Source of the DNA: Candidatus Latescibacterota bacterium
GTDB taxonomy: Bacteria > Latescibacterota > UBA2968
Reading direction: 5' to 3'
Assembly (NCBI GenBank): GCA_965204745.1
Contig: OZ242010.1
Coordinates: 5,344,001 to 5,408,000 of the forward strand
Length of the DNA: 64,000 nucleotides
The translations under genes and the position numbers were made by a program. Of this stretch, positions 54,001-61,152 are shown piece after piece. The notes below the pieces were generated by a model. The model saw nothing but the letters and a program-made list of their open reading frames with translations, made no database searches and was not told the origin of the DNA. How positions within the stretch are numbered: position 1 is the stretch's first letter; every line of letters begins with the position of its first letter.

Positions 54001-57000
54001 GGCTGTGACGGCCGTAGGGAGTGGGGCCAATTTCTGGGTCGGTGGTCTGGTGGGGTGGCAGAACGGCGGGACGATTATCGCGTCCTATGCGACGGGCGCG
54101 GTCACGGTTACTGGGAACGGCACGAAAGGCGGGTTGGTGGGGCGCCTCGAGAGCAGCGGTGAAGTGACGGCCAGCTATGCGACGGGTCAGGTCACGGGTG
54201 ACGGCACGAAAGGCGGGTTGGTGGGTAGCACGGCTGGCACAGTGACCAATAGCTACTGGGACAGCGACCGGAGCGGCATTGCCGGGGGCAAGAGCACCAG
54301 CGATCTCCAGAGCCAGACCACCTACGGTGCCACCAGCAACGACACCTACTACGACTGGAACCTAAATGTGGACGGCGATACCAGCACGGGCGACGCAGTG
54401 GGCAAAGACGATCCGTGGACCTTTGGCGCGACAGATCAGTATCCGGTCTTGAAGTATGCCGGCATGGACACCACCGCACAATTTAAGCTGCAACCCTCGG
54501 TAGTGATGTTGACCCTGATGCCCTCGACGATCTCGGAAAACAGTGGTGTTTCGACGGTGACGGCGACGCTGGTACACCCGTCGATCTCGGCGACGACGAT
54601 CACGGTGCGCCCGGTGGCTGGTGCCTACACGGTGGGTTCGGATTCGACGATCACCATCGCGGCCGAGAGCACGACGAACGCGTCGGACACGGTGGTGATC
54701 ACGGCCGTGGATAACACCCGAGACGAGCCTGCGCGCGACGTGCCCGTGTCCGGTGTGGCACGCAACGCCCAAGGCGCAGGCAGGGTGATCGAGGCGACAT
54801 TGACGCTGACGGACGACGACTCTGCGCCCACAGCGACGTTGGCGGCGTCACCGTTGTCGATTTCGGAGAACCTCGGTGTTTCGACGATCACGGCGACGCT
54901 ATCGCGTCCATCGAGCTCGGCAACGACGATCACAGTGCGCCCGGTGGCTGATGCTTATACCGTGGGGACGGATTCGACGATCACCATCGCGGCAGGGGAC
55001 ACGACAAACGCGTCGGACACGGTGGCGATCACGGCCGTGGACAACGCCCAAGACGCGCTTGATCGCAACGCGACCGTGTCCGGTGTGTCGCGCAACGCCC
55101 ATGGCGCGGGCAGTGTGACCGGGGTGACTTTGACGCTGACGGACGATGACGATGCGCCGGACGTGACGATGGTTGTGACGCCTGCGTCGATTTCAGAGAA
55201 CGGCGCGATTTCGACGGTGACCGCGACCCTGTCTCACACGTCGAGCGATCCGACAACGATCACGGTTTCCGTGCCTACATCATCCGACTACACATTGAGC
55301 ACGGCGGACACGCTGATCGTCGCGGCGGGGCAAACGATGAGCGCGGGCACCGTGACGATCACGACGGTGGACAACAGCATATCTTCGGGGAACAAGACGG
55401 TGACCGTGTCGAGTACGGTGGGCAACAGCGTGGGCACGGGATCGGTCACTGTTGCGACGCTGACGATTAGCGATGACGAAGTGGCGCAGGTGACGTTGGT
55501 TTTATCTCCGGCGTCGATTGCGGAGACGGGCGCGGTTTCAACAGTAACGGCGACGCTAGATCGCGCCGCAACCGCGGCGACGACGATCACGGTTTCAGCG
55601 GAGGCTGTGCCTCCTGCGGTTGCGAATGACTTCACGCTATCGACCACGACCACGCTGACTATCGCGGCGGGTGTGACGACGAGCACGGGCGCCGTGACGA
55701 TCACATCGGTGAACGACACGACCGATGCGCCGGACAAGGGCGTGACCGTGTCTGCAACGGTGGCAGGTGGCGATGGCGCGTCGCTATCGTCTGCCGTGAC
55801 ATTGACGATCACAGACGATGAGGCCGCGCCGACGGTGACGCTGTCGCTGTCACCCGCGTCGATTTCGGAGGCGAGCGGTGTTTCGACGATCACGGCAACC
55901 CTGTCGCATCGGTCAAGCGCGGCAATGACGATCACAGTGCGCCCGGTGGCGGATGCCTACACGGTGGGGTCGGATTCGACGATCACCATCGCGGCCGGGA
56001 GCACGGCGAACGCGTCGGACACCGTGGTCATTACAGCGGTGAACAACACCCAAGACGAGCCTGATCGCAACGAGACCGTGTCCGTTGTGGCACGCAACGC
56101 CCATAGCACGGGCAGTGTGACCGAGGCGACCTTGACGCTGGAGGACGATGACGCCGCGCCGGACGTGATGTTGGCGCTGTCGCCCGCGTCCATCTCGGAG
56201 GACGGCGGTGTCTCGACGGTGACGGCGACGCTGACACACCCATCGAGTGAGGCGACGACGATCACGGTGCGTCCGGTGGCGGATGCCTACACGGTGGGGA
56301 TGGATTCGACGATCGCCATCGCGGCCGGGGATACGACGAACGCGGCGGACACGGTGGCACTCACCGCCGTGGACAACGACATAGACGCGGCAGACAACGC
56401 CGCGATGGTGCAGGCCGCTGTGGAGAACGACCACGGCGAGGGCAACGTGCAGGCTGTGACGCTGACGATCACCGATGACGACGAGGCGGCGATTGAGGTG
56501 TCGGCGGTGACCTCGACGATCGTCAGGCTCCGCACGACAGAGGCGGGCAGGGCAGCGACCTTCACGGTCACGCTCGCCACCGAACCAACCGGGGACGTGG
56601 CACTCTCGGTGGTCAGTTCAAACACGGATGAAGGCACTGTATCGCCCTCGGTGCTGACCTTCACGCCATCAGACTGGAACACGGCACAAACCGTGACCGT
56701 GACCGGGCAGGACGATGCCCCTGCCAATTCCGTCGATGGCAACCAGAACTATACGGTCACCCTTTCGGTGAACCAGACGGACACGCAGGACGACAACTAT
56801 GACGCGCTTTCCAATATCAGCGTGTACATGGTCAACCTCGATAACGATTTCGGCTTGGACATCAGCGCGGTGACCGGGCAGGCGACAGAGGCCGGCGCCT
56901 CGGCGACCTTCACGGTGGCCCTGCTGACGCAACCCACGGCGGCGGTGACGATTTCGGTGACGAGCCAAGACCCGAGCGAGGGGCGGGTTGAGCCTGCGGT

Positions 57001-59446
57001 ACTGACCTTCACGACGTCAGGCTGGAACACGGCACAAACCGTGACCGTGACCGGGCAGGACGACACCATCGACGACGGGGACATCCCCTGGACGGTGCGA
57101 CTCGCCCTGTCAAGCGACGATACCGGCTACAACACCCTTGCAGACGACGTTCAAGTGACGACGACCGACGATGAAGATGCGCCGACCGTGACGTTGGTGC
57201 TGATGCCCTCGTCCATCTCGGAAAACGCCGAGGTTTCCACGGTGAGCGCGACCCTGTCGCATCCATCGAGCGCGATCACGACGATCACGGTCTCTGCTAC
57301 GCCTGTGTCCCCTGCAACTGCGGACGACTTCACGCTATCGAATGCAGACACGCTGATCATCGCGGCGACTGCTACGACGAGCACGGGCACCGTGACGATC
57401 ACATCGGTGAACGATACGACCGATGCGCCGGCCAAGCGTGTGACCGTGTCCGGTGTGGCGAACAACGACCAAGGCGCAGGCAGTGTGACCGACGAGACTT
57501 TGGTGCTAACGGACGACGACGAGGCACCGACCGTGACATTGGTGCTGTCGCCCTCGTCCATCTTGGAAAACGGCGGTGTTTCGACGATCACGGCAACCCT
57601 GTCGCATGCGTCGAGCGCGGCAATGACGATCACGGTGCGCCCGGTGGCGGGTGCTTATACCGTGGGGTCGGATTCGACGATCATCATCGCGGCCGGGAGT
57701 ACGGCGAACGCGACGGATACCGTGGTCATTACAGCGGTGAACAACACCCAAGACGCGCCTGATCGCAGCGAGACCGTGTCCGTTGTGGCACGCAACGCCC
57801 ATAGCACGGGCAGTGTGACCGAGGCGACCTTGACGCTGGAGGACGATGACGCCGCGCCGGATGTGACGTTGGCACTGTCGCCCGCGTCCATCTCGGAGGC
57901 CGGCGGCGTGAGCACGGTGAGCGCGACGCTGACACACCCATCGAGTGAGGCGACGACGATCACGGTGCGCCCGGTGGCGGATGCCTACACGGTGGGGTCG
58001 GATTCGACGATCACCATCGCGGCCGGGGATACGACGAACGCGACGGACACGGTGGCACTCACCGCCGTGGACAACGACATAGACGCATCAGACAACGCCG
58101 CGATGGTGCAGGCCGCTGTGGAGAACGACCACGGCGAGGGCAACGTGCAGGCTGCGACGCTGACGATCACCGATGACGACGAGGCGGCGATTGAGGTGTC
58201 GCCGATGACCTCGACGATCGTCAGGCTTGAGACGACAGAGGCGGGCAGGGCAGAGACCTTCACGGTCACGCTCGCCACCGAGCCGACGGGGGACGTGGCA
58301 CTCTCGGTGGTCAGTTCAAACACGGATGAAGGCACTGTATCGCCCTCGGTGCTGACCTTCATGCCATCAGACTGGAACACGGCGCAAACCGTGACCGTGA
58401 CCGGGCAGGACGATGCCCCCACCAATTCGGTCGATGGCAACCAGAACTATACGGTCACCCTTTCGGTGAACCAGACGGATACGCAGGACGCCAACTATGA
58501 CGCGCTTTCCAATATCAGCGTGTACATGGTCAACCTCGATAACGATTCCGGCCTGGACATAAGCGCGGTAACCGGGCAGGCGACAGAGGCAGGCGGCTCG
58601 GCGACCTTCACGGTGGCCCTGCTTTCGCAACCCTCGGCGGCGGTGACGGTTTCGGTGACGAGCCAAGACCCGAGCGAGGGGCGGGTTGAGCCTGCGGTGC
58701 TGACCTTCACGACGTCAGGCTGGAACACGGCACAAACCGTGACCGTGACCGGGCAAGACGATACCATCGACGACGGGGACATCCCCTGGACGGTGCGACT
58801 CGCCCTATCAAGCGACGATACCGGCTACAACACCCTTGCAGACGACGTTCAAGTGACGACGACCGACGATGAAGATGCGCCGACCGTGACGTTGGTGCTG
58901 ATGCCCTCGTCCATCTCGGAAAACGGCGAGGTTTCCACGATCACGGCGACCCTGTCGCATCCATCGAGCGCGATCACGACGATCACGGTCTCTGCTACGC
59001 CTGTGTCCCCTGCGACTGCGAGCGACTTCACGCTATCGAGTGCAGACACCCTGATCATCGCGGTGACGACCACAACGAGCACGGGCACCGTGACGATCAC
59101 CGCAGAGGACAACAACGACCAGGCAGACGAGAAGACGGTCACGGTGTCTGCAACCGCAAACAACGCCCAAGGCATCACCGCACCCTCGGATGTGACCCTG
59201 ACCATTACCGATGACGAAACACCGAGTGCCAACTTGGATGTGGATGGCAATGGCGAGGTGAGGCTGTTCTCGGATATAATCCTGATCATTCGATACGTCC
59301 TCTTCTTCCGGGAAGAGGCCCTCGTCAGAGGGAACGTCATCGAGCCAGATGCCACGCGCAAGACCCCGCAAACCATTACCCCCTACCTCGACACGTTGGT
59401 CGGTCAGAACATTCTCGATGTGGATGGCGATGGCGATGTGAGGTGA
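42020..59446 (+). CDS. Giant secreted adhesin-like protein: 5 GLUG-type modules, 24 FN3 repeats, Calx-beta-like repeats, dockerin-like C-terminus
   Basis: Signal peptide (AFA-Q). Modules DYD...CTGYEL...GGLVG...QYPVLKY x5; ATGYKVxWK counted 6+10+4+4; LTxTDDD repeats; LDVDGNG end. Confidence 0.9.
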   Translation: MTSRYAHLLAMVALVVLMASGPAFAQTDYDTDNDNLIDVTSLAQLNAIRWDLNGDGAIDASASTSDTTAYNAAFPNAMSGMGCAATCTGYELMNNLNFDENSDNEITSADATYWNNGAGWAPIGNSETKYTGNFHGNDNTISNLFIDRSAANDIGLFGFAEGGTIRNLSLVNADVTGSSYTAVLVGQGTRLQLMHIRVTGQVSGLSNGGGLVGSLTHGSSTITACGAEVDVTGRGSRTYSDISFGGLVGGNSGTITASYATGAVSNDNVYVGGLVGFHGSSAVIRASYATGAVRGQTLFGGLVGIAFGGAITASYATGAVKGTGAVSYIGGLVGFNSSTSITYSYYDSTTTGQKDTGRGAPQTTAGLQNPTDYTGIYANWNLNLDGQTGNDNPWSFGTTSQYPVLKYAGMDTAAQFNAQRVGKPTGVMVAGKTDTLTVTWGLVRNATGYKVRWKSGILTYPTSDLAAATRGQATIGSVLTTTYDISGLTTGTTYTVQVIATRLNATDSDPSDAVMVTPATTKPTNVRVTPAPVQLIVDWTKATGATGYKVQWKSGGQTYNTSSRQAMVSGVNTTTYTIEGLTFGTTYTVRVTATLAGGTDSDPSDEVVGTPLRGLDMPTGVIVMPKVDTLDVRWTAVSTATGYKVQWKLHRRTYDVSRQVVVTGTRYAIPNLIAGASYLVRIIATKAGLPESAPSTEVPGVPLLRSPMGVMVTADMDTLTVTWNAVDNATGYKVQWKSGNLTYPTADVETTALRGQATIAGGNTTTHKISGLTAGTTYTIRVIATHTNVADSAPSVEVPGVPLLGKPTVMVAAKMDTLTVTWNAVDDATGYKVQWKSGNLTYPTADLDSATRGQATIAGGNTTTHKISGVTVGTLYAVRVIATSTNTNIADSTPSEEVMVMPATNRPTNVRVTPGTTQLLVRWTEATGATGYKVQWKSGQQAYDPSSRQAQVSGVSTTTYTIENLTVSTTYTVRVIAILSGGVDSTPSDEVMGTPPGIDYDRDGDGLIDITTLAQLNAIRYDMDGNGDATHAVYAAAFPNRDTTSSIRMGCPSGTCTGYELLNNLDFSGGQWTSGAGWLPIGVWGRNSWETYTGTFKGNNKTISNLYINRGDDIDVGLFGHVSGNISGLGLKNVDVRGTDNVGGLVGEQEGGRILSCFVTGRVEGWSTAIRTTGGLVGRSGANTVIAASYANAEVIMDLDETNAYAGGLVGFKSNSSEIIASYAIGPVTGRNAGGLIGHGGAATSFSLASYSTGTVTGGGYIGGFVGRLGAGSYSYWDTESSDLLSSAGGTGQTTSALQSETDYDGIYASWDVDVDGRVGNDDPWTFGAADQYPVLKYAGMDTTAQFAMQPPGIPTSVTVTVQAATLDVRWRAASYATGYKVQWKSGMQSYDASREGIVTGTRYNIPNLAVGTTYTVRVIATKTGARDGRPSAEQTGVISVLGSPTVMVAAKLDTLTVTWNVVTSATGYKVQWKSGSETYPNADLASALRGQATIVGGSTTTYKIPNVTRGTAYTVRVIATRTNVADSAPSEEVTGVPGLERPTGVDVSATVDTLTVTWNVVDDATGYKVQWKSGSETYPNADLVSALRGQATLVGGSTTTYKIPNVTTGTTYTVRVIATRTNVADSAPSEEVTVLVSPTGVMVRATVDTLTVTWNAVDDATGYKVQWKSGSETYPNADSQAATHGQATISDGGTTTYDISGLTAGTTYTVRIIATSTNSNVADSAPSAEQTGVPVLGSPAVMVAAKADTLTVMWNAVDDATGYKVQWKSGSETYPNADLALATHGQATIAGGGTTTYKISGLTAGTTYTIRVIATRTNVADSAPSAEQTGVPVLGSPAVMVRAKLDTLTVTWNVVTNATGYKVQWKSGSEIYPTSDEQSATRGQATIVGGRTTTYKISGLTRGTTYTVRVIATRTNVADSAPSAEQTGVPVLGSPAVMVAAKVDTLTVTWNAVDDATGYKVQWKSGSEIYPTSDEQSATRGQATIAGGSTTTYKISNVTTGTAYTVRVIATRTNVADSAPSEEVTVLVSPTGVMVAAKVDTLTVTWNAVDDATGYKVQWKSGAATYPNTDSQAATHGQATISDGGTTTYDISGLTAGTTYTVRIIATSTNSNVADSAPSAEQTGVPVLGSPAVMVAAKVDTLTVTWNVVDDATGYKVQWKSGSATYPTADLALATRGQATIAGGGTTTYKISGLTTGTTYTIRVIATRTNVADSAPSDEVMVTLATNKPTNVNVRVTPGIAQLIVRWTEATGATGYKVQWKSGGQSYNTSSRQETVSGGSTTTYTIENLTFGTPYTVRVTATLTGGMDSTPSDEVVGTPQAINYDSDGDGLIAIETLAQLHAIRWDLNGDGAVDASATSSDTTAYNAAFPGRDTTSNVRMGCPSGTCTGYELLNNLNFDTDGSGSVTSDDTYPNWVPIGNYSATFKGNNKTISNLHINRGGWYHVGLFSQVGGNISGLGLKSVNVRGGHQVGGLVGNQWGGRILGCYVTGRVEGTGSYVGGLVGHSTGNNTVIAVSYTNAVVSGGRLQEGVGGLVGILYTTVIASYAIGPVTGNSRVGGLVGRLAITSGHSPLVGSVSTSYATGTVTRLNQFSSNLGGLIGSKRHNLVSHSYWDRESSGFSTSAGGTGKTTSELQSQTSYNDIYASWNVNVDGSPGNDNPWTFGAADQYPVLKYAGMDTTAQFAMQAPGIPTSVTVTVQADTLDVRWRAASYATGYKVQWKAGGQNYAVSRQAITTDTRYKIANLLAGTTYTVRVIATKTGARDGRPSAEQTGVPVLGSPTVMVAAKADTLTVTWNAVTNATGYKVQWKSGAETYPAADEESATHGQATIAGGRTTTYDISGLTAGTAYAIRVIATRTNVADSAPSAEQTGVPVLDSPTGVDVSATVDTLTVTWNVVDDATGYKVQWKSGSETYPNADSQSATRGQATISGGGTTTHKISGLTTGTTYTVQVIATHTTTAGNSAPSAAVMVTSATTKPTNVRVTPGPLRFIVAWTEATGATGYKVQWKSGGQSYNTATRQVVVSMNTRTATIVNLTIGTIYTVRVTATLAGGIDSDPSDEVMVTIQGINYDSDGDGLIAIETLAQLHAIRWDLNGDGAIDASASTSDTTAYNAAFPNRDTTSNVRMGCPSGTCTGYELLNNLDFDENGDDEITSADATYWNNGDGWLPIGTDAAKYTGDFKGNGYTIDNLTINRPSVGEVGLFGNADTASRIESVGITNASVAGGEYAGALVGALRGIVVACYSTGNVSATTRVAGGLVGWTPNAITSSYSTASVSGPEHVGGLLGSSQGGSVTNSYSTGTVTGTGSSPLIGGLIGSGTGGTASYWDTQTSGCTSGGSNGCTTSAGGGGVTGQTTSALQSPTGYTLIFSTWNANLDGQAGNDDPWAFGKTDQYPVLKYAGMDTTVQYNLQPPGIPTSVTVTPQRDTLDVRWTAASYATGYKVQWKSGMQSYDTSRQGTVTGTRYKISNLIGGTTYTVRVIATKTGAPDGTPSAEQTGVSVLGSPTVMVAAKVDTLTVTWNAVSNATGYKVQWKSGSETYPAADEESATHGQATIADGRATTYDISGLTAGMAYTVRVIATSTNSNVADSAPSAEQTGVPLLGSPTVMVAATVDTLTVTWNVVDDATGYKVQWKSGSETYPNADLAAATHGQATIAGGGTTTYDISGLTAGTTYAIRVIATRTNVADSAPSDAVMVTLATNKPTNVRVTPGPVQLIVRWSEATGATGYKVQWKSGVQSYNTTTRQVVVSMNTRTATIVNLTFGTPYTVRVLATLSGGGDSEPSDEVMGTPQGIDYDSDGDGLINIETLAQLHAIRWDLNGDGIVADSDAANYNAAFPSRDTTSNVRMGCPSGTCTGYELITNLNFDQNNDGEITSADATYWNANAGWQPIGTYTGTFKGNNKTISNLYINRGGQNDVGLFVDLTGTVSGLGLRNVDVRGNLAVGGLTGNQAGGAITGCYVTGRVRGSGSFGLGGLVGHSHTGANRRISASYSAAAVTAVGSGANFWVGGLVGWQNGGTIIASYATGAVTVTGNGTKGGLVGRLESSGEVTASYATGQVTGDGTKGGLVGSTAGTVTNSYWDSDRSGIAGGKSTSDLQSQTTYGATSNDTYYDWNLNVDGDTSTGDAVGKDDPWTFGATDQYPVLKYAGMDTTAQFKLQPSVVMLTLMPSTISENSGVSTVTATLVHPSISATTITVRPVAGAYTVGSDSTITIAAESTTNASDTVVITAVDNTRDEPARDVPVSGVARNAQGAGRVIEATLTLTDDDSAPTATLAASPLSISENLGVSTITATLSRPSSSATTITVRPVADAYTVGTDSTITIAAGDTTNASDTVAITAVDNAQDALDRNATVSGVSRNAHGAGSVTGVTLTLTDDDDAPDVTMVVTPASISENGAISTVTATLSHTSSDPTTITVSVPTSSDYTLSTADTLIVAAGQTMSAGTVTITTVDNSISSGNKTVTVSSTVGNSVGTGSVTVATLTISDDEVAQVTLVLSPASIAETGAVSTVTATLDRAATAATTITVSAEAVPPAVANDFTLSTTTTLTIAAGVTTSTGAVTITSVNDTTDAPDKGVTVSATVAGGDGASLSSAVTLTITDDEAAPTVTLSLSPASISEASGVSTITATLSHRSSAAMTITVRPVADAYTVGSDSTITIAAGSTANASDTVVITAVNNTQDEPDRNETVSVVARNAHSTGSVTEATLTLEDDDAAPDVMLALSPASISEDGGVSTVTATLTHPSSEATTITVRPVADAYTVGMDSTIAIAAGDTTNAADTVALTAVDNDIDAADNAAMVQAAVENDHGEGNVQAVTLTITDDDEAAIEVSAVTSTIVRLRTTEAGRAATFTVTLATEPTGDVALSVVSSNTDEGTVSPSVLTFTPSDWNTAQTVTVTGQDDAPANSVDGNQNYTVTLSVNQTDTQDDNYDALSNISVYMVNLDNDFGLDISAVTGQATEAGASATFTVALLTQPTAAVTISVTSQDPSEGRVEPAVLTFTTSGWNTAQTVTVTGQDDTIDDGDIPWTVRLALSSDDTGYNTLADDVQVTTTDDEDAPTVTLVLMPSSISENAEVSTVSATLSHPSSAITTITVSATPVSPATADDFTLSNADTLIIAATATTSTGTVTITSVNDTTDAPAKRVTVSGVANNDQGAGSVTDETLVLTDDDEAPTVTLVLSPSSILENGGVSTITATLSHASSAAMTITVRPVAGAYTVGSDSTIIIAAGSTANATDTVVITAVNNTQDAPDRSETVSVVARNAHSTGSVTEATLTLEDDDAAPDVTLALSPASISEAGGVSTVSATLTHPSSEATTITVRPVADAYTVGSDSTITIAAGDTTNATDTVALTAVDNDIDASDNAAMVQAAVENDHGEGNVQAATLTITDDDEAAIEVSPMTSTIVRLETTEAGRAETFTVTLATEPTGDVALSVVSSNTDEGTVSPSVLTFMPSDWNTAQTVTVTGQDDAPTNSVDGNQNYTVTLSVNQTDTQDANYDALSNISVYMVNLDNDSGLDISAVTGQATEAGGSATFTVALLSQPSAAVTVSVTSQDPSEGRVEPAVLTFTTSGWNTAQTVTVTGQDDTIDDGDIPWTVRLALSSDDTGYNTLADDVQVTTTDDEDAPTVTLVLMPSSISENGEVSTITATLSHPSSAITTITVSATPVSPATASDFTLSSADTLIIAVTTTTSTGTVTITAEDNNDQADEKTVTVSATANNAQGITAPSDVTLTITDDETPSANLDVDGNGEVRLFSDIILIIRYVLFFREEALVRGNVIEPDATRKTPQTITPYLDTLVGQNILDVDGDGDVR

Positions 59447-59607
59447 GACTGTTCTCGGATATAATCCTGATCATTCGATACGTCCTCTTCTTCCGGAACG
59501 AGGCCCTCGTCAGAGGGAACGTCATCGAGCAAAATGCTACGCGCACGACCGCTCAAGAAATTGAACCCTACATCCGAAGCCTCTATCCCGACTCCCACTT
59601 CCAATGA
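59443..59607 (+). pseudogene. Out-of-frame remainder of the second dockerin-like repeat of the giant protein
   Basis: GTGAG is duplicated at 59438-59447. The shifted frame gives VRLFSDIILIIRYVLFFRNEALVRGNVIEQNATRTT...*, matching the first repeat. Confidence 0.8.
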
Positions 59608-59618
59608 AAGCCTGTTCT

Positions 59619-59786
59619 CTGACCGCCACAGATGAAGATGGCGATGAGAACACCCTGAGTTTCTTCCTCACCATCAGCGCGAATCTGATGCCATCCTTTG
59701 CCGATGCGAGTGTGGAATACGCGGAAGCAAGAGATCGAATCCCTGATCCTACCGCAAGCGAGCCGTGGCGATGAACCGCTGACCCC
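59619..59786 (+). pseudogene. Degenerate Ig-like (He_PIG/cadherin-like) repeat fragment
   Basis: LTATDEDGDENTLSFFLTISANLMPSF, then after a frameshift TRKQEIESLILPQASRGDEPLT. No start codon. Confidence 0.45.
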
Positions 59787-59789
59787 CGA

Positions 59790-59957
59790 GTTGATTTTGT
59801 TTTTTGGCGATGAGAGGGGTAGCAAACCAGAGAAAGCCGAGTTAGCGACTGTCCCAGTTGCTCAAAGCGAGAGCCTATCCTGCGATAGGGCTTGATTTTT
59901 TCGATAAACCGCCCCATCCCATCTCGTTGCATGGCTCGTAAATGTCAACACAGCCTA
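59790..59957 (-). mobile_element. IS5-family-derived mini-element (TIR + transposase C-terminal remnant), copy 1
   Basis: Minus strand TAGGCTGTGTTGACATTT end followed by RFIEKIKPYRRIGSRFEQL. Confidence 0.7.
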
Positions 59958-60015
59958 AAAATCAAATTGGTATGCCAACTGCCAACTTGTTTTCCCGATC
60001 ACCGAGAACTTACTC

Positions 60016-60816
60016 ATGCCCCAAATTTTAACCCTGACAACGGATTTCGGCCTTTCTGATGGGTATGTCGCCGCGATGAAGGGCGTGGTGCTCACCTGTT
60101 TGCCCGATGCTCAAATCGTGGATATTACGCATCGAGTGCCGGCGCAGGATATTGTTGCGGGTGCGTTTGCCATGCGCTGTGCATGCGGATTTTTTCCCGC
60201 GGGCACGGTACACGTCGGCGTGATTGACCCCGGCGTGGGTAGCGACCGCAGGGGCATTGTCGTTGAAACCGAGCACTTCGTGTATGTGGGGCCGGACAAT
60301 GGCCTGTTTTCATGGGTTTACGCACGAGAACCCGTGCGGCGGATTGTGGCGATTGAAAATGCGGCGTTGATGCGTCCGCAGGTCAGTTCGACATTTCACG
60401 GTCGCGATGTGTTCGCGCTGGTGGGGGCGCGTTTGCTCACGGGCGTGCCCTGTGGCGAGGTGGGACCGGAAATTGACGATCCGGTCACATGCGATTTGTG
60501 GCGCGTTGAAGAAGAGATAGACGCACTCATTGGGCAAGTGGTCAGTGTGGATCATTTTGGCAATGCCATCTCGATGATCTCCCGGGCGCGTATCGACGAA
60601 AAATTTCCCGATGGGAATTTCGAGATCGCCGTGGGCAAGACCGGTTTTGATCGGATAGACCAAACGTATGCCAGTGTCGCAGAAGGGCGCGCACTCGCGC
60701 TTTACGGTAGCTTGGACACGTTGGAAATCGCGATTCGCGGAGGCAGTGCAAGCCGCATGCTCGGCATCAAACGCGGGGATGAGATTCGAGTTCAGGGGAG
60801 GCGCGAGAGGCGATGA
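60016..60816 (+). CDS. SAM hydrolase / SAM-dependent halogenase family (DUF62)
   Basis: LTTDFG, DITH, VIDPGVGSDR, GPDNG, SSTFHGRDVF, DHFGN. Confidence 0.93.
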   Translation: MPQILTLTTDFGLSDGYVAAMKGVVLTCLPDAQIVDITHRVPAQDIVAGAFAMRCACGFFPAGTVHVGVIDPGVGSDRRGIVVETEHFVYVGPDNGLFSWVYAREPVRRIVAIENAALMRPQVSSTFHGRDVFALVGARLLTGVPCGEVGPEIDDPVTCDLWRVEEEIDALIGQVVSVDHFGNAISMISRARIDEKFPDGNFEIAVGKTGFDRIDQTYASVAEGRALALYGSLDTLEIAIRGGSASRMLGIKRGDEIRVQGRRERR

Positions 60817-60823
60817 GCCACAA

Positions 60824-61152
60824 TGGGAGCCACAAAAGGCACAAAAACACGAGCGGGATACAACTGGCGACAACCCGTTCAAAGGCGAGATGGGAGCCAC
60901 AAAAGGCACAAAAACACAAAAGGCGAGCGGGATACAACTGGCAACAGCCAGTTCAAAGGCGAGCGGGGTACAACTGGCAACAGCCAGTTCAAAGGCGATC
61001 CAAACAAATGTAGGATGCCTCCGTGTTCGCCCAATATATACAAGAGGGGAGAGGGGTGGCCTTCTCACGTCTTGCCTCTCACCTCTCACTTCTCACCTTT
61101 GACGGTGGGTTGCCTTTCGCCTTTCATCTGCGTTCATCTGTGTCCATCCGTG
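60824..61152. repeat. Composite intergenic repeat (reverse orientation): three 36-bp hairpin elements, CACAAAAGG nonamers, heptamers
   Basis: Reverse complement of the modules seen at 3761 and 20125-20465. Confidence 0.85.

Noticed and set aside
60850-60997. CRISPR array from the 36-bp palindromic repeats (also at 3761 and 20189)
   Set aside because: Copies are adjacent or separated by simple-sequence repeats rather than unique, equal-length spacers. No cas genes or leader.
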